Shown: positions 26,599 to 40,634, counted from the stretch's first letter. The stretch: 64,000 nucleotides of DNA from Octopus vulgaris (GCA_951406725.2 OX597822.1:17732001-17796000); one strand, 5' to 3'. Numbers and translations: made by a program. Notes: a model not told the origin generated them from the sequence alone.

Positions 26599-29190
26599 AT
26601 CATCATCATCATCGTTTAACATCTGTTCTCCATGCTAGCATGGGTTGGATGGTTCGACCGGGGATCTGGGAAGCCAGAAGCTGCACCAGTCTTATCTGGC
26701 AGTGTTTCTAAAGCTGGATGCCCTTCCTAACGCCAACCACTCTGTGAGTGTAGTGGGTGCTTTTTATGTGCCACCTGCACAGGTGCCAGGCGATGCTGGC
26801 AATGACCACAGTCGGATTGGTGCATTTTACGTGACACCGGCACGAAAGTCAGTCGAGGCGACACTGGCATCGTCCATGATTCAGATAGCACTTTATGACT
26901 GGCAACTGCCGGGTGCCAGTCATAGGATTGGTTCAATTTCGATTCCGATTTCGATTTCACTTGCCCCAACAGGTCTTCGCAAGCATGGGTGCCTGTCGTC
27001 GGATGAGGTTCGATTTTGACTTCGCTTGCCTCAACAGGTCTTTTTGTGTCCAAGGGAGGAAAGACATGCACAAGTGGGCTGGACTCACTTGTCCTGCCTG
27101 GTCTTCTCACGCACAGCATATTTCCAAAGGTCGCGGTCGCTGGTCATTGCCTCGGTGAGGCCTAAAGTTCGAAGGTCGTGTTTCACCACCTCGTCCCAGG
27201 TTTTCCTGGGTCTACCTCTTCCACAGGTTCCCTCAACTGCTAGGGATTGGCACTTTTTCATACACCTATCTTCATCCATTCTCGCCACATGACCATACCA
27301 GCGCAATCGCCTCTCTAGCACACCACGGCTGATGCTTCTTAGGTCCAACTTTTCTCTCAAGGTACTTACACTCTGTTGAGTATGCACACTGACATAACAC
27401 ATCCATCGGAGCATACTGGCTTCATTCCTTGTAGGCTTACACATGTCCTCAGCAGTCACGGCCCATGTTTCACTGCCATGTAGCATGGCTGTTCGTACAC
27501 ATGCATCATACAGTCTGCCTTTTACTCTGAGCGAGAGGCCTTTAGTCACCAGCAGAGGTAAGAGCTCCCTGAACTTTGCCCAGGCTATTCTTACTCTAGC
27601 AGTTACACTTTCAGTGCACCCACCCCCACTACTGACTTGGTCACCTAGATAACAGAAGCTATCAACTACTTCTAGTTTTTCCCCCTGGAAAGTGACGGAA
27701 GTTGTTTTCTGCAGATTTTCAGTGTTTATTGCTCCTGAGCATCTGCCACATACAAAAATTATCTTCCCAGTTAGCTTTCCTTTGACATTGCTGCACCTCT
27801 TATGTGTCCATAGCTTACACTGGGTACATCTTATAGAGTTTCTACCTACACCTTTTCTACAGATCGAGCAGGGCCATCTTCCTGAAGGCATTTGTGGTTT
27901 GTCTACCTTCCTACTTATTAGTACTTTGGTTTTAACTTCATTGAATCTAAGGCCCTTTGATTCTAATCCTTGTTTCCACACTTGAAACTTCTCTAATTCT
28001 GATAGTGATTCAGCAATTAGAGCAAGGTCATCAGCATAGAGGAGCTCCCAGGGGCAACCTGTCTTGAATTCCTCCGTAATTGCCTGGAGGACTATGATAA
28101 ATAGGAGGGGGCTGAGGACTGAACCCTGGTGGACCCCAACCTCTACCTTGAATTCTTCTGTGTACACGTTGCCAACCCTAACCTTACTTACAGCATCCCT
28201 GTACATGGCTTGCACAGCTCTCACCAGCCATTCATCTATCCCTAGTTTCCTCATTGACCACCAGATAAGGGATCGGAGGACCCTGTCAAAGGCTTTCTCC
28301 ATGTCAACGAAAGCCAGGTACAGGGGCTTATCTTTGGCTAGGTATTTCTCCTGCAGCTGTCTCACCAGAAATATGGCATCAGTGGTGCTTTTCCCTGGCA
28401 CGAACCCAAACTGCATCTCATCTAAACTAACTCTCTCCCTAATCAGTTGGGCTATGACCCTCTCCGTAACCTTCATTACCTGATCCAACAGCTTGATACG
28501 TCTGTAATTATTTGTATGTAAGGCGTCACCTTTACCTTTGTAGCAGTTGACTATTATGCTGCTATACCAGTCATTGGGTATGACTCCTTCGTGTATCACC
28601 TGGTTAACTATATGGGTGACTAGGTTATAGCCGACACTGCCAGATATTTTGAGCATCTCTGCAGTAATTCCTGATGGGCTTGGGGCTTTCCCTGTCTTCA
28701 TGCTTCTAATTGCCTTAACTACCAAAGAATTGCCAACTCGGATAGCTGGTCCCTCTGTTGGGTTGACATTCGGCAGACTCTCTTTATCCCATTCATTTTC
28801 TTTATTCAGCAACCTTTCATAGTGGCATCTCCAAACCTCTCTCATTGCATCCTCATTTAGCGCAAGTGAACCATCATCCAAGCGGACACATTTCTCTTAT
28901 CTGCTTCCCCTCTGGCTAAATAGACCTGTCTCCTAGCTTCTCTTCTGGCAGTCTGATACAATTCCCTGCTACCTCCGTTCTTCCAGTCCCTCCAAGCCTG
29001 TTTCTTTTGTCTAATAGCCCTGTCAACCACATTGTTCCACCACCACGTTACCCTGGGTCGAGATAGGACTTTGCTCCATCCACAGATCTGGTCAGTGGCT
29101 ATCAGCAGATTGTCCCGTAGAAATCTCCAGTTGTCTTCCACATTAAGTGAAGCTATATCCCCTTCTATTTCATCAAAGGCTTCGAGTAGT
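26599..29190 (-). mobile_element. 5'-truncated RTE-clade LINE (~2.6 kb)
   Basis: RT ORF 27085-28881, upstream frameshifted piece 28857-29190, 3'UTR and (GAT)n tail; both ends abut (TA)n. Confidence 0.95.
27085..28881 (-). CDS. RTE reverse transcriptase ORF (598 aa, N-truncated, no APE domain)
   Basis: QFGFVPGKST, FVDMEKAFDRV, GVHQGSVLSPLLF, LLYADDL; embedded C4HC3 cysteine cluster. Confidence 0.9.
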   Translation of the reverse strand: MDDGSLALNEDAMREVWRCHYERLLNKENEWDKESLPNVNPTEGPAIRVGNSLVVKAIRSMKTGKAPSPSGITAEMLKISGSVGYNLVTHIVNQVIHEGVIPNDWYSSIIVNCYKGKGDALHTNNYRRIKLLDQVMKVTERVIAQLIRERVSLDEMQFGFVPGKSTTDAIFLVRQLQEKYLAKDKPLYLAFVDMEKAFDRVLRSLIWWSMRKLGIDEWLVRAVQAMYRDAVSKVRVGNVYTEEFKVEVGVHQGSVLSPLLFIIVLQAITEEFKTGCPWELLYADDLALIAESLSELEKFQVWKQGLESKGLRFNEVKTKVLISRKVDKPQMPSGRWPCSICRKGVGRNSIRCTQCKLWTHKRCSNVKGKLTGKIIFVCGRCSGAINTENLQKTTSVTFQGEKLEVVDSFCYLGDQVSSGGGCTESVTARVRIAWAKFRELLPLLVTKGLSLRVKGRLYDACVRTAMLHGSETWAVTAEDMCKPTRNEASMLRWMCYVSVHTQQSVSTLREKLDLRSISRGVLERRLRWYGHVARMDEDRCMKKCQSLAVEGTCGRGRPRKTWDEVVKHDLRTLGLTEAMTSDRDLWKYAVREKTRQDK

Positions 29191-29349
29191 ATATATATAT
29201 ATATATATATATATGCATATATATGCATAAAAAATATACTTCATATATGTGTTTGTGTGTGTATATATATATGAACATATGTACACTCTAGATATGTATG
29301 TGTGAATGTGTATGTATTTGTATATGGGATTGTATGTATATAGCATATT

Positions 29350-29860
29350 GGCACAGACATGGTTGTGTGATTTTCACTTCTCAACCATGTGGTTTTAAGT
29401 TCAGTCCCACTGTATAAAACCTTGGGCATGTGTCTTCTGTTGTAGCTTCTTGACCAACCAAAGCCCATAAGAGGATCTGCTAGATGGAAACTGATGGAAG
29501 CCTGTTTTACATATAAGCATATGTGTGTGTGTTTGTGTCTCCTCATCTCAGCAGTGCATGATAGCTCTGCAACAAGTGTCACCATCATAGAAGTAATATC
29601 TTTTATTTCCCGCACACATTGGAACCAAACTTGTACAGGTAACGAAGCCTGTCGGTTTGCTCTGTGGCAGTGTCTGCTTGATGAGAGATGTATGTGACTA
29701 ATGGTGAAACACTGAGACCTGTCCAACCCAGCAAGAAAAACAGGCTTAATATGCTGGTGTGTTTATAGATGTCAATATATATTTGCCAGCCCCGGTCAAA
29801 CCATCCAACCCATGCCAGCATGGACAACAGATGTTAAATGATGCTGATGATGATGATGAT
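29350..29860 (+). mobile_element. Degenerate SINE family B copy ending in an RTE-type tail
   Basis: gttcagtcccactg...ccttgggcatgtgtcttct; 3' ccaacccatgccagcatggacaacagatgttaaatgatg. Confidence 0.6.
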
Positions 29861-30229
29861 ATACAGCGTTATAGATATATTTCAGCCAGTTTCACCCTTT
29901 GGCTTCAAAAGATGATCCTGATTCTCGACTAAATTCTTAGCTTTCTATATATAGTTAAATAAAATTTGGGTAACATGCTCCCCCTCTGCTTTGAGCATCC
30001 ATCCTCATACAGAATGAAATGACAGTCTGAACTAATGAGGGATTTATTTAAAATACTCACCTGAAGAAACATATTTTACACTTTTGATGAATGGTAGTAA
30101 TTAACACAAGGTTGGTGACAGCAAGAGCATCCAGCATAAGCAAAATCTGCCTCATCTGATCCATGCAAGCAAGGATTAATAAGGCAGGATTAATAAGTAG
30201 GGATTAATAAGGCAGTATAACATATATAC

Positions 30230-30545
30230 ATGGTGCACCACTGCATAGTGTCAAGGATCCCAGCATTGCGATCAAGATACAGAATTAGATACTGCAACAG
30301 TTTGGGTTTCAGGGGTCCACACCTCTTAATTATTCTTCCAAAAATCCTGAGAAACCTACATGCAAAATTTCCAGATGAACCTACCTTGTGGTAGGAAACA
30401 GAAGTGAGGCTTCAACATCAAACTCCTTTGTTCGCCAAATGTCACTTGTCAGAAGAGATTTGTAATGAAAGTGCAGCAAAACTGACAGCAGTGCTCCAGC
30501 ATGGCTGCAGGACTCAAGCTGAAACTAGTAAAAGAGTAAAAAGAT
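30230..30545 (+). mobile_element. CR1/L2-group LINE 3' fragment
   Basis: agatactgcaacagtttgggtttcaggggtccaca (RYCNSLGFRGP) and tail gctccagcatggctgcaggactcaagctgaaac. Confidence 0.75.
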
Positions 30546-31249
30546 GTTCTCTCTATAATGAGCATATCTAGCTTTCACTTATTGTGTGTGTGTGTGTGTG
30601 TGTGTGTATAAATATATATATTTATATATACATACACACACACATACAGACATACAAACAATAAGTTAGAACTTGATATGCTTAGTATAGAAAATATTTT
30701 GTAGGACTGAAAAGAATTTGAACCTTTATTCTGAATTTTTCATGCAGGACAAGGCCCTGGGGTCAAGAATGGCTACAGGAGAAAAAGAAGTTCCCTGGCT
30801 TCCCAGACCCCGGTCGAAGTGTCCAACCCATGCTAGCATGGAAAACGGACATTAAACGATGATGATGTATATATATATATGTATGTATATAAATAACAAT
30901 TGATGGATAGGTGTCAATTCATTACAGCCATTTCTAACAAATTATTTAATTGATCCACAAGTACATTATATCATTCTAAAAAAACTATATCCATCAGATG
31001 AATACATGAATCAAGGATATTAAAAATCAAGGACATTTAAAAAAATTTTTTAATTGATGCTACATACATATTTTGGTGATTCCACAATTGACTCTTACCG
31101 CTTCTGAATAGCTCAAGAGCTAATGATACACTCAGTTAGGTTCTATTAATGGCATACATAACCTGAATATCTCTCTGCCAGTACATCTGTACCAGTGTTG
31201 ATATTCGTCTATAATTGCTGTGAATGCATTTTATTCTGACCTAACCAGT

Positions 31250-31720
31250 TGACTTACCTTTAAGTATCTTATTCTTCGCAGGACAGCCTGCTGTGTTAAC
31301 CTTGGATCGTAGAGTGACCCGCTGTTCTTGAGGAGACCTGTTGAGTCAAGTACATCAACATCAAAATAAAAATTCAAACGGAAATTGTAGTTAAGACACC
31401 CTTGCTGGTGACACATAAAAAGCACCGTCCAAACGTGGCAGATACTAGCGTCGCCTAACTGGCAACCATGTCGGCGACACGTAAAAGCACCAACTGATCG
31501 TGGTCGTTTGCCAGCCTGCTCTGGCCCCTGTCCCGGTGGCACATAAAAAACACCCACTACACTCATGGAGTGGTTGGCATTAGGAAGGGCATCCAGCTGT
31601 AGAAACACTGCTAAATCAGACTGGAGCCTGGTGCAGCCTCCATGGCTTATCAGACCACGGTCGAACCGTCCAACCCATGTGAGCATGGAAAACAGACGTT
31701 AAATGATGATGATGATGATA
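31250..31720 (+). mobile_element. RTE 3'UTR fragment
   Basis: Colinear with 15280-15682; (GAT)n tail. Confidence 0.85.
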
Positions 31721-31907
31721 TATATATATATATATACATACTAGACTACTTGTTACCTGTTGGGTCATCTAGAAGGTCTGAGTTTTCCAGCAACAGAGTT
31801 TTGGTTTGTGGGTTTTTTCTTCCTTTTCGGGGTTATTTTGCATGCCTTCAAGGAATATGACATCAAAATCATGCATAAATGGCTCATTTCCCCAGAAAAG
31901 GAAAGAT

Positions 31908-32014
31908 TTGGCTGCTATTTCTTGCACGCCATACTACCGCGTAACAGGTATTTTGAGTCCTTTATTGCAAATATCTGTTACACGGTAGCATGGCATGCTA
32001 GAAATAGCAGCCAA
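31908..32014. repeat. ~107-bp hairpin (47-48-bp arms)
   Basis: ttggctgctatttcttgcacgccatactaccgcgtaacaggtattttg versus caaatatctgttacacggtagcatggcatgctagaaatagcagccaa. Confidence 0.8.
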
Positions 32015-32077
32015 CTCTTTGGAGGTGGAATATGTTGAATGCACTTGAAACATTTATTGTGATGGTATTCTTTTGGG

Positions 32078-32519
32078 ACGATCTTTTGCTTTGACTCTCA
32101 GAACTGTCATCCGGATCAGCTGATTTTGTTCGCTAATTTCTGTAAAATCTTTTTATTTATTTACTTTTGTTTTAAAGTGAAAGAGAGGAGAAAGTGAAAG
32201 ATGTATGAATGTGTATATGAAACGGATGTATGTGTGTTTGAGAGAAAGAGAGAGAGAGTGCCACTTACACATACATGAGGACACACACATTTACCCACTC
32301 TCTCTCACTCTCAGACATATGCACGTGTACATAGAAAAGATATGTATTGATGTATGTACATATACATGACAACACACCTCTTCACTCACTCTCCCTCTTT
32401 TTCTCCCTCTCTTCTCTCTCTCTCTTTCACTTTCTCCTCTCTTTCACTTTAAAACAAAAGTAAATAAATAAAATTTTTTTATAGAAATTAACGAACTCCA
32501 GATGATAAGCAAAAGATTG
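32078..32519. mobile_element. MITE-like element with long inverted repeats
   Basis: 32128-32201 is the reverse complement of 32423-32496 (ttttatttatttacttttgttttaaagtgaaagagaggagaaagtgaaag); weaker match extends outward. Confidence 0.6.
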
Positions 32520-33083
32520 CCATTCACTTGAAAATAATTTTAAAAAACATTAAAATATTGACTGTTTAAAGAAAGCTAAAATATAAATATTTACTGTACA
32601 AAAAGTTTACATTTTTGAAATCACATTCAGTTAAAAATATTTTTAAATGATTAAAATATTGTGTACGTGAAACAGTCAATGTTTTTTAAAATTTTTTTGG
32701 AGCGCATAAAGACTATGTGTGTGTATGTCACAGATAGCAGGCATGTGTTTGTGTTGATTGACATGCCATTACATTTATTATATGTGTGCGTATTTTGTAT
32801 GTGTGTTGACATCACGACAGAAATATTTTTCTTCTGTCAAGAAATAACAAACAAACAATTATGTTTAATCACTTTCCTTAATAAATAGAGTCCCAAATAT
32901 CAAAAATTTGTACTGGACTGCCAAAGATAAATATGAAAATAAATATGTAAAAAAAACTTAAGATAAAATATACTATTTCTGAGATATTTCAGGTACACAC
33001 AAACATCTCTAGAATTTTAGTATTATCAAGATATACACGTACATCCTTCCATCCATCCATCTCTCTCTCTCTCTCTCTCTTTC

Positions 33084-33137
<54 letters not shown>

Positions 33138-34153
33138 GAGACGAACACACATACACATATATTTTTATATGGAGCACATTATTTACTGCCTTGAAGTTTT
33201 GTGTTGTTTTTTCTTAAGTTATGGTATATATAATTAAGTAGGTCGCAATTTATGTTTACTTATGTGATGTATGTTGAAAACTGACCAATAAAGTGATGCA
33301 TACTAGATAATAAACGGTGAGAGAAGAAGAGAAGAAAGTGTTATGTAGGTCTGTGCATGAGAGATGATATTATGTGAATCCCAAGTATATTAGGAAATTG
33401 ATAATTTTCATTATGAAGAAGACACAACTAATTAGAAACACCCGATGGATTTATCAGTGATTAAATAAATAAATTACTTTTAGTAGAATCGCTCTTGCTT
33501 TTGTTTTGATTTATCAAAAGAATGAAACTTACCACAAATAAAATACAAAACTATGCAATGTCTTTACAAAGAAGTGAACTTTTCAAGTAATCTCTGTCTA
33601 AGTTGTGAAATATTTCATCTGGAATTTTACTAACGGTTTTCTTAATATTGATGATGTAGACTAACTTAGTCATAATTGAGAATATTACCAGTTGAAAGCA
33701 AGGTTCATCTGCTTCCTCTCCTGAGGAACTCTAGCTTTTAACAAAGTCATCTATTAACGCACACACACACACACACACATATATATGATATTTTTGTTAT
33801 TTGTGGGTTAACAAAGCTACCAATTGTTTCATGTAAGGAACAATCATTTAACAATTATCAAACCTCCATATAGTTGGTACTCACCTCCCTATTGGATCGG
33901 AATGCAAAAAGTAACACAAGATTGTATGGACTGAATAAATATACAGAATATGGGAGGTAACTTATAAGAAACTCATACTTGTCTCCTTTGCATTACTCTG
34001 GGATCTTTTGCATCCACTATGGATTGATGAATTCCTTTATTATTTTATGTGAGAATCCCACCCTCCCAAGAATACTCCCCAGCAGGCTGATCAAATCTCT
34101 TGGTAGACTACATACCCAGTGCACTATGCAACAAGGTAGATCTGCAAAACATA

Positions 34154-35285
34154 TATGAGGGTGGGTTGAAAAGTTCATCAACTGACTAAGGAAGAGTGGT
34201 GGCAGAGCTGTGAAATCCTGCATGCATTAATTTTAACTCTTCTTATTAATAATTGCATTCTTTCTTTCCAGGTAAACTGACATCTGACTGTTCAAAGACG
34301 ACTTCAAAAGTAACTAGTAGTGACTCCTCTTCAAAATGGAGAAAATGTGGCCTCATGGTGTTATCAAGTACTTGCAGAAAGAGTTTAGCCCCCAAGGTCA
34401 TTCATGCTGACATAGTTGCTTTGGTAGGAGATGATGCTCCAGCTTTATCAACAGTGTAAAAGTGGGCAGCTGAAGTTATTAGATAGATAGCCTAAGTTCT
34501 GGACATCCTACAACTGCCACCACCAAGAAAACATTGATTGTGTTCACCACATGGTGACGAATGACAAGCAATTGATTATAAATTAAATAACCAATGCTAT
34601 TAGCATATCCTGTGAGAGAGAGTTGAGAATATTCTGCGCAATGAATTTGGCATGACGAAGTTTCCTGCTTGGTGGGTGCCACATCTTCTGACATTTGGTC
34701 AAAAGCACACTAGGCTGATCACATCACAGGAGAAATCCGACATTGTTAGAGGCAGATCCAGCAATTTTTTTTTAACATTTCCTGAGCCAGGATGAGTGTT
34801 GGGTTCATCACTTTTCATCACTTTCACCCAGAGACAAAGAGACACCTCATGCAATGGAGGCACCCCTCCTCACTTGCTCTAAAGAAGGCCAACATTGTTT
34901 TAAATGAAGGGAAAGTGATGGTCTCAGATTTTGGGGTTGCAAAAGACATTGTGTTTATTGCCTATCTTTAAATGGGCCACACCATCAATGGAAGAGAACT
35001 ATGCCAACTTGCTGAAGCAGTTATGAAAAACCACCAAGACCAAATGGTGAAGAAAACTGATGAAAGGAGTCTTGTTTCATCTCCAGCACACAAGTCCTTG
35101 GTTTCAATGGACATTATGCATTACTGTGGCTTTGAACTGGTTGATCAGCCTCCCTATTCTCCTGATTTGGTCCCATCTGACTCTCATCTGTTCCCCAACA
35201 GGAAAAAACATGTGGCTGGAAACCATCATTGCAGTGATGATCACAGGATGAAAGCTTCTACCCTAATGGGATTCAAGCACTGGCA
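34154..35285 (+). mobile_element. Mariner transposon relic, 3' TIR not found
   Basis: 5' end tatgagggtgggttgaaaagttc; fragments PKVIHADIVALVGDDAPALSTV*KW, WVPHLLT, QDECWVHH and QPPYSPDLVPSDSHLFP. Confidence 0.85.
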
Positions 35286-37068
35286 GGAGAGACCTAGGCG
35301 CAGACCAAAATGGTTGGATAATATCCATAGTCTTGGTTGGTCATGCCTGGAAATTTAACTGGAAAGTTGTTCTGAAAGGATCCTATGAAAGAGCATCTTA
35401 AGAACTCCACCCCAACCACTCTCTCAGAAATAGTGGGCAGAGAAAATGAATGGATGGATAAAAATGGTGGAATATTTGGCCTTATATGTTTTTTATTTAG
35501 TCTATATTTTATTGTAGTCTTTAGGAAAATCCTGAGATGTTACATTTTTGTTCCTATCCCTTCTTATGTTGCCATTCTTTACTTTTGTCATCATATTCTG
35601 TGGAAAAATAATTTTTGTTTGATTGTTCTTTCACTTGAGTGACAAATAGAAGTCTTTTTATACCAAATAAATCAGAGACTATATAAAAGACCAAATAATG
35701 TGGTGTGTAGAAAACAATTTGTCCCCAAATTCAACCATTCATTCTATGGGTTTTATACTTTCCACTCAGCTGTTTATGATATATCCATTCATCTTTGTCT
35801 CATTTTATCATTGTACCTAACTTTTATTTCTGTTGCCTTTTTTGTCTGGTTTTTGAAAAATTCCTCCACTTCAGTTATTCACATGTCATAAGGTTCACAA
35901 CAGAACTTGGTTGACTTTCAACACTTTTCCTAGACTTGTCTTTATCTCTCCCAATAATAACATTTATATTTAAATGAATTAGAATATTTAAATACAAAAT
36001 TAAAATATATAACATCGTTTTTCAAGTTTCCTGAAAGTAGCAGAGGTTTTGTATATCTGTGATTGGAATCAAATGACTTCAAAATATGACATTCTTTACC
36101 ATAAATAAATAAATGAAATGAAAAGAAAAGACTACAGGAATATTATTACATTAAAATGAATTATTTATAAAATAATATCTCAAGTTATGAGACTGCAACA
36201 TTTTTCTCATGCCATGAAGAATTTAAAATCTGTATCCTCAAATACAAGATAACATTTTTTTTTTGTATTCATTCTTTAAAGTACTTTTTATATCAAATAA
36301 CTTTAGATGTTGTACCAAATGGAATCAAAATTCTTTTGATAAGGAAATAGAAAATGAATTTTTTGATTATTTTAAATGAGAATCAAAACAAAAACAAGAA
36401 GAAAAAAAGATTTCTCTTCATTTGCTGTTTTATATGTAAATGAAGGCAGGAGAGGTGGGGCATAGATTCAGTAATTTGAGGATTGATTATTGCATTATGT
36501 TCTATAAGACAACCAATTCCATAGACGTTGCAAGTGAATGGTGTGCAGTCTGTTATCTTTGGAGCATCAGAACAAAAACAAAGACAAAGTGCATTCTTTT
36601 TTTGTCTCATATGTATGCGTGTGTGTGTGTTTGTTTATAACAACAAGGCTTACTGATACAAAAGAAAATACTTTATGCTTTAGGAAAGTGTGTGTTTGTG
36701 TGTGTGTTTTAATTGGTTGTGTTTACAAGGTTAATTCTGTTTCGATAAGAAGAGACTCTAATCACAAACTTGATCATAACATAACGAGAAACTGATGTTT
36801 TTCATAGGAAGGAGTGGAGAGGGTGTTTTGTAGGGAAACAGATATAAGTTCAGAGTAGGTTTACAGTTTAGCATACAGATACATGGACGGCCGGCATCCA
36901 TGTGCATATACGGACTGATTGGCACTCCCTGGTTTCAAATATAAATAATAGACTTAGTATAGAACCCTACGTACAAATAATCAAACATACAGATATGTAC
37001 ACACACACGCATGCGCACACACATGCATACATACATATTGATTGAGACAGAATGATAGCCAAATGGAC

Positions 37069-37820
37069 AAATAGCTGTAAGACTTCAACTAATTTAAGGA
37101 AAATGGTCTAATAAGGGAGCATATAAGGCCTCAACAGAAAAAAGGCTTTCCTATCCACATGGGATAGAATACCCCCATATTTAGGCATATTCACCTATCA
37201 CGTGGGATATCCCAGAAATAGCTGTAAGACCTCAACTAATTTAAGGAAAATGGTCTAATAAAGGAGCATATAAGGCCTCAACAGAAAAAAGGCTTTCCTA
37301 TCCACATGGGACTCGAATCCACGTCCCTTTGTTAACACAACTGTGTTACCTTTACACCAGCGAACCAGCCTCCCTCCTTCTGTCAAATTTAAGAACCAAA
37401 TTAGTTTGTATTTGTTTTTATGTAAACAAACTTTCAGTATGCTTTCAGTGCAAATGGTTTTGTTATACGGCACTGTATTTTACAATCCTGTAACTGCATG
37501 GTGATTGCCATAATCTTTAAACATATAAAAATACCATTTTTTATTATTTACAGGATTATAAACTATGGTGCCATATAACAGTGTCTCTGTGTATGGGTTT
37601 GTGTGACTATGTGTGTGTGTTTGTTCAAAGTTCACACTGAACTTTATTTCCTTATTTCTTACTTTCTGTTCTTCTATTATCTGCAAATTTTCCATGTCTA
37701 GATCTTTCATATGTTCTCTACTTGTCTCTAATAATAGAATACCCCCATATTTAGGCATATTCACATATCACATGGGATATCCCAGAAATAGCTGTAAGAC
37801 CACAACTAATCTAAGAATAA
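37069..37820 (+). mobile_element. Partially tandem 570-bp unit with a decayed hammerhead and an antisense tRNA-like segment
   Basis: 37165-37240 repeats at 37735-37810; 37069-37164 repeats at 37216-37311; HHR relic at 37724-37800; A/B boxes on the minus strand at 37305-37362. Confidence 0.65.
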
Positions 37821-38184
37821 TATAAGATAATATGATGATGATGAATATACATGATTTGAGATGCTTGGCATGCCTTGGCGTTTGTTGTACTCTTTCACAA
37901 ATATATATATGTATATATATATAAATGCATTGAAGTTTTTTTACAGAAAAAATTCCATCAAAAAATGTGGTAGCATATTAAAATACCTTTAAGGTTGAAA
38001 TTATAAACAAATTATAAATAAGGGCTAAAGAAAATTATTTCTATGCCAATATGCTGATAACAGACTTAAATCGTCAATTTCCACATATTATTTACCTGCT
38101 ACAGAAAACACGAAGAGCTGAAATCGAGGAAAGCCAACCAATAGAATTTTTTTTAAAAGTTCGTTATTTCTATATTGAATCAAT

Positions 38185-38635
38185 TTTGGAATTAATCTCA
38201 TAAAAGATTTTTTGTGGGAAGGGGGCCAGTTGATTAGATCGCCCCCCTCCCCAGGACGAAAGGTAAAGGCGACCTCGGCAGAATATGAACTCAGAGCGTA
38301 AAGACAGACGGTCATAATATGCAAACATTTCTCAGGCACTGGTACACTGCAGATGCTTACATTTTTTGTTTTCTGTGAATTTTTCATGGGTCCAGCTAAT
38401 TATTATTATTGCTGGAAGTGGTAAGCTGACAGAATCGTTTGTATGTCAGGCAAAATGCTTAGCAGTATTTCATTTGTTTTAACATTCTAAGTTCAAACTC
38501 TGCTGAGATCAACTTTACCTGTCATCCTTTAGGGGTCAATAAAATAAGTACTGGTTGAGCGCAGAGCTTGATTCACTTACTCAATACCTTGAAATTGTTG
38601 GTTTTGAGCTAAAATATGAGACCATTATCATTATC
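38185..38635. mobile_element. Two divergently oriented SINE family D relics (minus ~38185-38340; plus ~38413-38635)
   Basis: aaaggtaaaggcgacctcggcagaatatgaactcag (minus) and gttcaaactctgctgagatcaactttacctgtcatcctttaggggtcaataaaataagtac (plus). Confidence 0.6.
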
Positions 38636-39154
38636 ATTTAGTGGTGTGTTGTTTCAGCCATCTGACTGCTTTCTAGAAGTGAATTAGTATGAGCTTTTAA
38701 AACAGTTTTGTGAGTAAAATTGAATGTAAAGATTATTGTAAACCTACTTTTCAACCCATTCCTCTTGTTTTATCTTTCTAATTTTCTCTAATTTTACTTC
38801 CTGCCACATTTAGCACTGTATACGTTTCATAATAGAATGCAATTATCTTTCTTTCTTAATATCCTTTCTCATAGAAAAATGAAAAAATTATTTACTTAAA
38901 GATTATCTTGTGATGTCTTTGCTAACCTTAGTTTGAGCTATTTATCTCTTTTAGCATTACCATTATGAAGTTTACTTCAATAATTCTAGCTTAAAAGATT
39001 AGCATCACTTTCACTGCCATATTCCTGTCGAATATCAGAATCTTTGAATGTTCTTATAGATAAATTATTTTATAACCAAGTAAATAATAATAATAATAAT
39101 ATTTTATATATATAAATAAATATATATATATATTTTGACATTGCAAATAAAAAA

Positions 39155-39719
<565 letters not shown>

Positions 39720-39785
39720 TCATCATCATCATCATTTAACGTCTGTTTTCCATGCTAGCATGGGTTGGACATTGCAAATAAAAAA

Positions 39786-39882
<97 letters not shown>

Positions 39883-40634
39883 TTTATATATATATATATA
39901 TATACATATATTTATATACACACACACACACAGAATTTTTTTTATTTGCAATGTCTTGCAAAAGTTTTCCCCAAACTCATTAGAAATACTTACGTATTGA
40001 TAATCCATAACGCTGTTTACATTAATGTTTATCAATAGTATATGACTTCCATTTTGAAATTGATTTTTGATGTTTTGTCAAACATTTACATGAAATCTTT
40101 TGTTCCTTATTGGTTTGTAGAAGGTTAATTTGATAAAGGAGGTGTAGGGGAGGAATAAAAAAACGATCTGACTGAGGTTAGAAATCAGAGGGTGAATCAG
40201 GGAATGTTTATAATCATCAATACTCCTTTTTTTTTTTTAATTCCATTTTCCCCATATACCCGTGTTGCCATAAAAGAAAAGAAAAAGACAAAACGCAACA
40301 CATTTAAAACTTGGTTAAAAAAACAAGCTTCAGTAATATTTCAGATGTTTGCAAATGTGCAAAACATTTTATTTTTATTTTTAACCAATAATGAGATATT
40401 GAAAGTAAAACAGAATAAAGTAAACAGTCTGATTTGATATGCATTAAGAATATTATTCTAACAAAAAAATAAATCACTTGTGATAATTAGTTTAATTAAC
40501 CAAAGAATTCAATTTGGTGTTATTTAAAATATTAATGACAAAAGCAAAACGCGACTAAGGTTATATTTTAAGTTTCTGTACAAAGACAAGAAAGCTGTCG
40601 TATAAGGGGCACCATCTTTCCATGTCTTTTATGT

